64,000 nt of DNA from Camelus ferus (Eukaryota): NCBI RefSeq assembly GCF_009834535.1, contig NC_045696.1:19780001-19844000 (forward strand), read 5' to 3'. The position numbers were made by a program, and so were the translations under genes. Below the pieces are notes generated by a model, which worked only from the letters and a program-made list of their open reading frames with translations, did no database searches and was not told the origin of the DNA. This document shows positions 40,100 through 51,513 of this stretch, one piece after another (within the stretch, counting starts at the first letter, position 1; each line of letters starts with the position of its first letter).

Positions 40100-40146
40100 T
40101 CTCTCTCTCTCACTCACACACACATACACACACACACACACACACA
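40100..40146. repeat. Compound (TC)n(CA)n microsatellite
   Basis: tctctctctctcactcacacacacatacacacacacacacacacaca. Confidence 0.9.
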
Positions 40147-42272
40147 TATTATTTGAAAGGTTTCACAGCACAATCACATCATCAATTTCTGAGTGTTTTG
40201 GAGATAATTTAACAGACTTCAGCATATTCTCTGTTTTAACCTCCTTTCTCAGTTTATCCAGCAACATCAAAAATATAACAATAGTTAACAGGTAACAAAA
40301 TCTGGTTGTCCAAAAATTCAGAGATGTTAGAAAAAGATATGCCATCCATGCATTTAATCCCTGTAAGCTTATATTATTATGTTTAATTTCCTGTTAAGGT
40401 ACTTGTGATATAAATTTTTCCTGTGAGTCTCAAAATAAAAGAAAATGGTCCCAAATTAGGGGCATAAGTAGTAACTTCTTTATTTTTTGTGTTTAAGACA
40501 TTTCATTCAAAGAACGTTTCTAACTACAAAGATTTATGAGGTAGACACAATACCACGGATTATTTCCTCAGGGCTGGGAGAGACACATCTAAAGAAGGGC
40601 AAGATTAGTTTCAAGGAAGCAGTACACCGACCAGGTTTGGTCATGCTTTTCTCGACCTCACAGGTCTCTTCAGGGCAAATGGACAGAATCTGAATTTAAC
40701 AGGCTAATTCAATTAATTTTTACAAAAATAGAGTAAGTCAAATTTTCAATTAATTTCCTCTCCTAACCATTCAGAGTGGAGCTTGATATGACTTCTTTGG
40801 GAACCAATTTACTTGTTGTTTTTTTTTTTTTAATTGCTACCACAGCATTGCTAGCTAAAACTAACTTGGAGACATTATTTTCTCTCATATTTTGACACTT
40901 AGCATCGGTATTTATTTCTTCTTATGCACATACTTGCAGGTCGAACTGTCAAATATGTCTAATAATTAATTGACTGAAATCACTAACCATGAATATGTGA
41001 GGTATTAATATATGTTGATTCTATATGCATGTATGTAATAGTAATATTGAGTCCATTATTCTTTGGTAGTCTGTCTTAATAGGTATCATCAAGTGTTGAT
41101 TACAGACCATGCCTCTAAATTTAGTAGTCTGCAAGAAATTATATACACATATCCTTAAAGAGTGACTAAATGGTGAGAAGTAGTAAGGAGAACAATGAAA
41201 CACAGCAAAGCACAAAAAATACAAAAAAAATCCCCAAAACTTTAGAATTAACTATGTCCAGGCTTATGAACTCTTAATTTTCTCTAAATTTCCTTAAAAG
41301 GCCAATGGTTCTGCGCTACATGGCCTAATACTACCTACTTGTATTTTCACTTCTGAGGAAAAGAGTAAGCCAGCTACTCCACATTAACTCCCTAATTATA
41401 ATGGAAGCCCAGACAGAAGCCTAAATTGTGTTCATTATAAGGTTTCTAACCTGTCTGAACTTGTCTGGTTGCCAGGATTATGGTGTGGGCCACCAGGGGT
41501 CTGTTTGCCTAAGGGACTGAGAGTCTTCTGGAGAAAGAATTCATTCTAAGGAAGAGAGAGTTTATGGATTTAAGGGAAGGGATGACTTTCAACGCTCAGT
41601 GTTTGGACAATTCCCTTCATCACAGGCCCCATAAAGTCTTTACCATGTGCTGGAGAGAAACGTGCTACAAGTCATATCTCAGACAGAACTCAGCCTCAAA
41701 TCTCCGGAACGCACTGAAGAAAAAGGCACCATGAATTTGAGTTCCCAGTTACAGAGTTTACTAAGATGATAGTTAAAACAGGCTCTCCATCCTTTGGAGA
41801 ACCTAGCCTGATATCAACCATAATAGTGGTGGAAAAATCAACTGCTTAGAAGTTGATTACCTGAGCAACTATTTCATCAGACACCTTAGCCACTGAGAGC
41901 AGCAAAACAGAAAATTAGTTAGCAACTGTCTTGCAGTAAAAGAGATGAGGATATTCCTACACTTTCGTGAGAATTCAAAACGTTGACTTGGAAGAGCTGG
42001 AGCAAGCGACCGAAGTTGTGAAATAGCAAATGTTACAAAATTACAGAAACTTCCCGCCTGCTCTTTCACACTAGCAGTGTTTGCCTCGGTGCCAAAGCCG
42101 CTACGCTGCGCCCAAACACCTATTATGATTGATCTTATCCTCAGCCTAACACAGTCTAGGAGACCTGAGTTGTAAATAATTCGGATTCTGAAATGGAGTT
42201 CTTTATATTTCGCTCATCAGCTCTATTTGATATCCATTTATCAAGCATCCACTCTGCGGAAAGCTACAGCCC

Positions 42273-42666
42273 TGTGTGGGTACCTCAGGCTGGTTTCCTG
42301 GAAACAGGTTCTGAGAGGTGTGAGCACGTAGGACGTTTATAAAGCAGTACTCTTGGGATCCCAACAACTATGAAAGGGGAGGGAAAGCTGCAGCATTGAG
42401 AAGACAGAGAAGTCAAACTGCAAGAGACCCAGTGACAGCCTCAGCCAAGCGTGGGGAGCTCAGGAGTTGGAGGGGTGCTTCAGAATTTTTCTGAGATGTA
42501 CAGTGAGCCGCCTCTACTGGCCATTGGCTGTGGACAAGCCCAGGGAAGAAGTGTGACCTTAGGAAGGGGATCATCTAGAGCTGAAGCAATTCCTGAAGAG
42601 ACTGAAATCTGCCATTGACAGTACCCTCTGCAGCTCTGTCAGACCGCTCTGTCATCCGCACCATGT
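42273..42666 (-). mobile_element. ERVL LTR (LTR16-like)
   Basis: ggtttcctggaaacaggttctgagag...gtttata...tcttgggatc...gagaagtcaaactg...agcctcagcca...ggggagctc...cattggctgtgg. Confidence 0.75.
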
Positions 42667-42844
42667 ATCACAATGGACATCAAGTAAACAGATTACTGAA
42701 GAGTAGCAAATTTAAAGTATCTTCATGAAAAAAAAAATTAAGATTGTCAAACTGTTACCAAACAAATATTTAACAATTTCCATTGTCAAATTAATTTGTA
42801 TACTGCTATCAAGTTTCCTACAACCTCAAGAAAAAAGACGTTAA

Positions 42845-43000
42845 TGATGGCTAACAGTAGCTTACATTCTCAGTACCTGTGGGTGCCAAGCACTAACTTC
42901 GGGGCAGTGCAAACATTAACTCAAAAATTTAATTCTCACTCACACAGGGGTTTAGGCAATCAATTCATTTTCATTTCTCAGATCACGAGAGTAAGGTGCC
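42845..43000 (-). mobile_element. MIR relic
   Basis: tcagtacctgtgggtgccaagcact...cattaactca...ttaattctcac...catttctcagat. Confidence 0.6.
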
Positions 43001-46000
43001 AAGACGGAATACCCTCAACACAACATCTTCAGGCCCCTTGCTAGACTAGTGATGGGCCCTGTAGGTGACTAAGACACGGTCTCTGACTTATTTTTCATTC
43101 TAGTAGGACAAACAAAAATGTTGCACACCTAAAATTGAAGAACAATACTTAACTGGGGTTGGCCTAACATAAGAGCTAGGAAAAAAAAAAAATAAGGAGC
43201 CACATAGGGTCAATGTGAAACACAGCAAGCAATGTGAATCAATGCACCTTCTTTCTTTATTTTGGCCAAAATGATGACAGTGAGACACTAGAGTTCTGTT
43301 AACCCTCATAACATGCTCCCCCTCCCCCTAAAAATAACGTATGACTGGTACATAATCTTGGATTAACTCCTGCTAAATGCAGATTTTAGTATAATTAAAT
43401 TCTAAAATAATTGTTTCTCCAGTGTGTCCTTAAGGAAATTGACACCTTTCACTTATTTTTAATCTCTATTATAAATTGGGGGGTTTGTGAAATACAAACA
43501 AAGGAGCCGATCAAATTAAAATGGATTCATGAGGACTAAAACCATTTTTGTGTTTTACAGCACTCAGTGTTAATTAGATAAACATCCACATCTTGCAAGT
43601 TCTACTAGTCTAGTAGTGATCTGATCTGTCACTTTATCTGAGACAGACTATAGGATTACTGTGTGTCTAATCATCTACAGTAATAAATCATGCTGTCTTC
43701 TAATGTTCCTGCCCCAATGATAATATTTCTACTTGCATACTACGTACATTTTCAAAAGCCCATTTATACTACTTTCAAGTAATATTAACAGCAATATTAA
43801 ATGAAATCCTTAGCATATGAATCCCTTATGGTAACCTGCAGAGAAAGAAGTGGCCATGACAGTCAGTGGCTGAATCCAATTCTCATGCTCTTTTTATTAG
43901 GCAATTTGGAAGGGTCTTTGCCATCAATTAGAAATCCATTTAAAAGAATCAAACATGTAATTAGAAGCCTAATGTAGTGGTATTTTATGGACATGAAAAA
44001 TTACATTCAAATTTGATCATTATAGGGTAATTAATCTGTATAGTTTAGTTGCAATAGCATATAAGTGTAAGAGTAAAGGAAATAAAATACAAACCTAATA
44101 CTGCACAATTTCCACAATGACTTTAGAGATAAATTGTGGGATGAATTATGATTAATTCAACTCCATTACTCCCAAAATATGTTCCATATTTAGATGGGGG
44201 TGGGATTTAAAGTAAAACAGTTTGATTTCACTAGTAGAACATGAGGTAAAATTCAGAGAAAAGCTGTGATCACTTTGGTGATAACTCCAGTGAAATACAG
44301 TAAAATTAAAATACCTAATTAATAAAATGTAGTGCTTAAGGGCTCCTAAAAGGAAAATATTTTCACAAATGGACCAGTAAAGAATTTTATTAAGGTAGAG
44401 GCCAAACAACTTGCTTCTTTGAAATTTTTCACTTAGGAGAACAAAATTTAAGAATTCTGTACCTGAAAATTAGTTTTAAACTAATAGGCCAAAAGGAAGA
44501 AAGGGAAAAAATAGCACTTTCAAATGGAAAAGACATTGGAAAATTGCCATTTCCCTCCTTCATAGAGTGCAAACTCATTTAAAATATTTTTTCCAAATAT
44601 TTAACCATTAAGATGTATACAAATTGTTTAATGCTTTTTAGTGCTTTATGATTATCTTTGAGAGATGCACAGTGTATGAGAAAACTCAGGTCAGTAAAAT
44701 TGAACCCAGGATGGAAGAATCCATGATTATACAGAATTTGAAAAGCAAAACAAAACAAAAAGCCACAGAATTTTCTAAAGCCATAAATGAGCAGTAAAAC
44801 AACCATTAGCAAGGTAATGAGATAAAAAGAGGATAAAATTTGCATAATATATTAAATATGAATTGATAATATTTGTTTCAGTAACTATTGCTCTTATTTG
44901 TGTATCAATCAGAGTTAGCTCTAAAAATTATCTCCAAAATGTATCAAAACCTTTTCTACAATGTTAAAGCAACTTTCTTCACCATATTCAATTCTATTAT
45001 TATAACATGTTTCCATTAACTCTCATCAATTTGGATAATTTTTAGATTTTTTTTGTTTCATCAACCACATCTATACCTTCAGTCAGTTTGAAATAAACAA
45101 GCAAAAACCTGTCTATTCATTTTTGTTGCTCATTAAACATCTGCTCATTAGCCACCTCCTGGTTAATGAATACTTTGAACCAAATGGCAACCCATTAGCA
45201 AAACTAGTTCTATTTTCAAGCATATTTTTCTATTTTTCAAATAACTGTTACTTCAAAAAATGTATTTACCCAAAATTCGTTTAATCATATCAAAGAAATC
45301 ACTGAAGAATTACAAGCATTGTCTTAAACACCCCAGTAAAAACTGAAATTTCCTTAGTGCATTTTAAAGTATATAATTATAATTTAATGCAAACCCAACT
45401 AAACTATTTAGTTATTAACTGCATAGTGTCCCTAACTTGTACAAACCCAGTGATATCACAAATCCATTACTGAGAAAGGCTTTAAAGTTGTTTTATAAAG
45501 CAGCTATATAAACTTAGGCAGCTTCCCTTTTTGCAAATGGTTTTAGGAATTTGTAATATGTGCTAGCAGTATATACTAATTTTATTCTTTTAGAGGTAAG
45601 TTTAATAAAAATAAAGCAGATATATAAATTAAGAAGAAAATCACTAAATAAACACAATTTATATACCAGAAAATGCTGCATTCTCACAAAGTAACTATTA
45701 ATTTGTCTTAGATGTTCGGCCATCATTGTTTTTTTCACTTGTAGTTCTTCATCATACTTTCTTCTTTGTCCAACAGCAGAAACTAGAGTTCAGCATCTTT
45801 ACTTTGATTATGCCCATGTAGACATTACCTCTAATCAAACTGAAAAAAAAAATCAGTAAGAAGACAGTTCCCCTAAACTCCAGTATCAGTATAGACACGC
45901 ATCTGAGAAATGAACCACAAGCACATTCAGGTGCTGGCAGAAAAATCTCAACCACGAGATGATGCAAAAGTAGCTGCTAAGAAAAAATCGATACAATATC

Positions 46001-46509
46001 AGATGGGACTATGCTGATAAGGGCTCAAGGGAAAAAGTAAAGAATTTTAAAAGCTGTTTTATGAGAAAAAAGTTATACATATATTTCCCCCATATAATCA
46101 TATATATGTAATTTATGTATTATTGTATTTATGTATGTAATTATATATGATTTCCCATAAATTATCTACACGTGTAATTATATAAATCCCTTGAGAATAT
46201 CCACAGTTTAATGTTTGGATTTGTGAAAAGTGAATCAGATAGCATTATGAACACCTATAAACAGGGCACCTAAATTCAAGGAAATTCTTTTAAAATTAGG
46301 TATAACAACAAAATAATAATTTGCTGCCATTTGCTTGACACTAGGAAAGATACGTAACAACATTTTCCTTACTGACAGGGAGCCCACAATCTCCTGTAAG
46401 AAGACAGACATAAATTAACATAAAGACAGACATAAACTAGATTCATGAGATATTGGTATAAATAATGTAGAAAACAAAAGGTAACATCTACTGAGATTGG
46501 AGCTTTTCT

Positions 46510-46690
46510 GAGCGCTTTTACATTTAACCCTCATGCCCATCCTAGGAGTAAAGAATCATTATAATTATCTTCCTTTTCTAGACAAGAAAACCAAGCCAAA
46601 GAGAGGTTAAGTAACTTGCCCTAAGTCAGACATGGAGTAAGTGATGTAAATTTTAAATCCAGACAGTGTGGGTCCAGCAGTTTTAAAGAC
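46510..46690 (-). mobile_element. MIR relic
   Basis: catttaaccctca...agagaggttaagtaacttgccctaagtcagaca...aaatccagacagtgtgggtccag. Confidence 0.8.
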
Positions 46691-47473
46691 TTTATAGCTG
46701 ATATCAATCTTCTGTATACCAGATAGGTCACAGAGAATGGTCTTAAAAGAAGACAACACTTCTGCAGACAAACAAGAAAGAAGGGAACATGGCTGACATC
46801 ATGTGCTATATGGTACCGTGTTAAACTGAAAGAAGTTGAGGGTTCCAATTATTATTCTTAATACGGACCTACTTTAATTTTCAATGAATGTACATCTGAA
46901 GTCAGAAACACTGATACATTCATTGCCACTAACATTTAGTTTCTACTTACTCTGAGGCAGGTCTTGCATACTGACTTTGCTTTGTATCAAATCAGCTAAT
47001 ATCCATAATAATCCCATAAGCCAAGTATTACTATACTCATTTTATAGAAACAGAAACATTCATCATTAAGGTATTTCTACTGTTTCACTCTTCTCTGTGG
47101 TTTAGAGGCACACAACTCTTAACAGGAGACTGAAGTGGCATCCACAGTGGAATGGAGTAAGCTTGCAATTCCTCATTATGATCGTCATTTGAAGTGTACA
47201 TGTAGTAAATTTAATACTAAAATATCAATATACCTGCAGAGAAGTAGGAGCTGTCTATTACAAACCCTGCTCTTCTGTTGCTATTCAGGATACCCACAAC
47301 CTTGGAAAGGAAGATCAACTCTTCCCAGCATAAATCTGCCACTAGATTATATTTTTAAGGCTCATAGTAGCTATGAAATATACCCTCTGGGAATATTGAC
47401 TGAAATTCATATTTTTGAGTAGGCAAAATATACTGATAGGTTTTGTAGTGAAATTTCACATTAATAAACAGAT

Positions 47474-47552
47474 TCTCTCTGTTTCTCTTTTTTCTCTGTC
47501 TCTCTCTCACTCACACACACAGACACACACACACATAAACATACACATATAC
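47474..47552. repeat. Degenerate (TC)n(CA)n microsatellite
   Basis: tctctctgtttctc...tctctctcactcacacacacagacacacacacacataaacatacacatatac. Confidence 0.85.
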
Positions 47553-48217
47553 AGTCTATAAATATTTTTAAAAAATACTTTCCATGGCTAAAATAGTCAA
47601 AATGTCAATTACCCAAAATATATGATGAGCATGTTCCAGCAAATCCTGTTGTAAATTTCATAACCTACATTTGTTGGATTGTTTCACCTTCTCAAAGATT
47701 CATATGCATATTTCACCCTTTTAAATTAAAATAAAATTTGATAGCTTCATCTAATAAAAAGATAAATTACTAACATTGTATACAATATTGTTTCTTCACA
47801 AATAATTTTTTCCTCTAAAAGAAAAGCTGTTTACAAGGTGCCAGATACGGTACGATCCAATTTTTCTATCTTATCTCATTTAACTCTCAAAATAGCCCCA
47901 TGGTATGGACAGTATAATTGTTCTTATTTCATAGGTAATTAAATTACTCATCCTAGATTATTCTCTGTGATACTGGAATTCTTTATTAGTTATACTGTCC
48001 AGAGTCCTGGTTCTTAACCACTGACCTATATTTCCCATATGGACCCAATTACTATTTATGATATTGGTATGAATTTAAACATAGACCTTTCAGAGGGCAT
48101 GGAGTAGGGAAAGTAATAATTTTTGTTTCCTTAGACCCAATTGTGTCTTCATCCACAAAAGTTTACCTGGATACAAGTCATATTTATAAATCAGTTACAA
48201 CTTGACATGGTTTTAAT

Positions 48218-48573
48218 TATTAACGTGATTAAACAAGGAGGCCAGTAGACCGAGGTGGCTCTCATGCCTTGGTACCCTACTCAGCAAAATAAAACCAAAG
48301 CCAGAATCAATGAATCCAAACCCCAGAAAATGAAATATAAGGACCACCAATCACAGACAGCCCACCAGGCTTTCCCAAAGAAGGCCACTGTTCAAGCTAT
48401 GGCTAAATAAATAATTTTCTTGTTTCTTTCTGCATCTTCTCTACAAAAACCCCTCCCCTAGCTCCTGTTGGCAGGGTGCTCCTAACCAATTTTGGTTTGG
48501 CCACTGCCCTGTTTGTGTCAATGTAGACGCAAACTCTTGAAAACTTTAATGTTCTTCAATTTATCTCTTAATG
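48218..48573 (+). mobile_element. ERV1-class solo LTR (family uncertain)
   Basis: aaacaaggaggccagtagaccgaggtggctct...ccaatcacagacagc...aaactcttgaaaactttaat...ttatctcttaa resembles short ERV1 LTRs. Confidence 0.65.
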
Positions 48574-50599
48574 AAAAGAATGCTTCCCATTTCTTAGTTT
48601 AATGATTTAATAGGCATAAACAATAGGTAAATGATATTGAAGGTACATGTTACAATAAAACCAAATATGGATACTAATATTTGGATTTCAGGAATTTTGC
48701 TTCTCTGGCCTTTTTATAACACTTTCAAAGAGATGAAATGCAATAATGTGTTCTGTAAAAATGTTTGTTGTTATTTAAACCTATTTGATCAAGGACAGCT
48801 CTTGCAGAAAGTAAGATTTATATAAAGCTTGCATTCCATTTACCGGGCCAAATCTATTCTTCATTGTTTTAGAACCTCTAGTCTAATTCAGGTGCCTAAC
48901 ATCAACCCTGTAAGACAGTTGCTATGAGGAATGAAGGGTCTGAAAAGAGTAATTCACACCTCATTTTTCAGTTGGCACATTCCTCATGTACAGGTTGAAA
49001 ATTCACGCTCAAAGAATCTAAGATACATGAAAAGAATCCCTGAGATTTTTGCACATTAACACTTACTGGTATATTTAGAAAGATGAATCTTACTTCCCTG
49101 TTAAATTAATTCCTAGAAATATAACATGATTGCCCCAGAAACCAAGGAGAGATGTATATCTATTTGTCCCCACACAGTATATTTATGTAGAGTCAGACTG
49201 AATAATCTCTAGACACTTTCCAAATTTTAGATCCTTAATTCTGTTTAAGATAGCATAATCTTTGTCTCTGTGCATGTGCTATGGTTTAATAAAAAAAATG
49301 AAGAAAAATGTTAAAAAGTATTCCACTGAACTTGAAATTAATGGAAGTTTGACACAGTCATTTAACCTGTTACAGACCAATTATCCTCTCCACATTTCTC
49401 CATATTACTAACAAGGTAAGCTTCTATTAAATGCTGGGCTCAAATTCAGATAAACCAGGCTTATAGAATTTCCCTACTGCTCAGTCCAATGACTAACCAC
49501 AAAGTTAAGCAAGATCTGAACAATTAACTCTTCCCCCTTTTTCAGTTAAATGTTTATGAGTACATACACCAGACACAGACATACAGACACACACTCATGC
49601 CCTATCCAATTCTGGTCTTTCCCAGTATCAGTTAAATTCACAAATCTATGTAGTTTGCTGTATGTACTTATGCAAAACTCAAAAGTTCACATTCTTTCAG
49701 CAGCATCATTGTGCTTTCACAACTTCAAAGACTGCAGAATAAAATGTCCTCACCGAGGTTCAGGTGTTGCTCCATGATATAGTCCACTGGGATAAGGAAG
49801 ATGGAAGGCACTTAGACGAGGTAATTGTTTTCCTAAAGACTCTTCACCCGACTCTACTGTCAGTGCTCCTGAACTGTCTCCTCTGAAAATCATCCCCGAA
49901 GGATTGAACAAGAATTGTGTATGCACCTTCTCTCTGACATCAGCTAACCACACAGTTGTTTTATTTAAACTTTATTTAAAATTGACCCAATTAATGAGCA
50001 ATGGCATCTTTTTACATAACACGAAGGCTTCCCCAAGTTATTTTCTATTGTTGTCAACATTTTCTATTAGCCTCATCTTTTTCTCAGCTATAATAGTTTT
50101 ATATTATTTTTATAGAAAAATAACATGGCTTTGAGGTCTTCATTGTTCTATGTTACTCTTACAGCCCTTTGTAAATGTAAGTCCTTTTCAATTAATACTT
50201 CTTTCTTAACTTTATGTTTTTTATCTGAAAAATGACATTAATTTTGTGAGATACTTACTGTAGAATACTGTACTACTTCTACAGGGATGTTTCCATTGGT
50301 TTAATGCAAAACAACACATTAAGACTGGAAAAACAGTTTTTATTCCCTGTAGGTAACAGTGTATTCGAGACAAAAAGAGACAGAGAGACAGGGAAAATGA
50401 ATGAATGGATGCTAGAATGAGATAAGTCAGTTGCGTAATTTTAAGTAAGCAAGTTAAACACTTTCTCTGGGCCAGCCCATAGTAAGTCCCCAATAATGAA
50501 AAGGCATCTGTATCTTTAGCAGGAAAATAAAGATTCAGGTAAGATACCCTGTCTAGTTCCCCCTACCCTTTCTAAAATTCTGTAACTCTATAAAAATGT

Positions 50600-51020
50600 A
50601 CGTGGCTGGCAGCTGTTAGCTTGGTAAAGGGAGTAAATAACTTTGTGGTGTGACAAGAATTAAAATGGAGGACTGCAGAGAGAATTATGACACGCTCGCC
50701 GAGGTTGCCCTTAACAGTAATAACTGGCAACGTGTAGCCTCCTTACCGGTGTGAAATATCTATCTGCAGCTGACTCAGCCAGAGTCCCCTCTCTGGGAAG
50801 CTGTCAGAATAAAAAACACTCCTAACTGTTTTGAAATACAGTAACTCTAGTTAATATGCTTCCCTGATCTGACAAGTGCTGATTTATGACGTTAACTGAG
50901 GATTAGATATCAACAAGCAATCATAACGTTTAGTGCTGCACTTGAGAGAGAATCACACAAGTGACCCTCCGGCAACTTCAGTGATTTGCATACGTCCAAG
51001 GCAGCAACTTACGGGATTGC
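50600..51020. promoter_or_regulatory. Candidate enhancer
   Basis: 11 CpGs in about 420 bp; GCTGACTCAGC at 50769-50779, TGACAG (minus) at 50801, TGATTTAT at 50880, ATTTGCAT at 50984. Confidence 0.45.
50747..50800 (-). other. Candidate 54-nt exon (unverified)
   Basis: Minus strand gttttttattctgacag|CTTCCCAG...CACACCG|gtaagg; open in phase 0-0 and phase 2-2. Confidence 0.28.
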
Positions 51021-51237
51021 TGAGAAAAAGTTTTCTCATTTTAATTTTTAATGTTTTCACACAACGAAAATCAAAATGATTATTATAATGTTAGTTTAAA
51101 ATATACATACATTTGAATACATCCCTGCTTTTTTCCCCTAGAGTTTCATGACTTTTTGACAGGATTTGCCGTTCCCTCTGAAAAAGATACCTGTTATTAA
51201 TCCACTGTTGTCAAAAAATGAATTTAGATTAATGTAC

Positions 51238-51513
51238 CTGTTACATCTACTTTCATAATTAACTGAAGTATCAGAAACTGTACAGACTAAGTGAGGGAAA
51301 TATATTTCTCTATGGAGATTATTTATGGAATAAACAGACTTCATGGTTATAGATGTTGGTTTCTCTGACAAAGAAACACATCCCTTAGTGGTGTGAGTGG
51401 AAAGGTGAATGGTCCGGTTAACATTCCAAGATGATATATATTGCAAGATGTCTTCAGGTAGAAGTTGTGCCTTGCTAAGAGTTTTCCCCATGTGAAGCCA
51501 TCCTAACTGAAAC
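51238..51513 (-). other. Candidate 276-nt exon (unverified)
   Basis: Minus strand gtcttcatgctctgcag|GTTTCAG...TAACAG|gtacat; inside the 128-aa ORF; peptide not recognised. Confidence 0.2.

Noticed and set aside
45575..45605. Plus-strand AG|GTAAG recursive-like sites (also near 49415)
   Set aside because: The acceptors would be GAG or AAG, which are disfavoured, and such motifs are expected by chance in AT-rich DNA
46401..46436. Direct repeat AAGACAGACATAAA twice
   Set aside because: Two copies only, inside an L2-like relic; a simple slippage duplication and not an array
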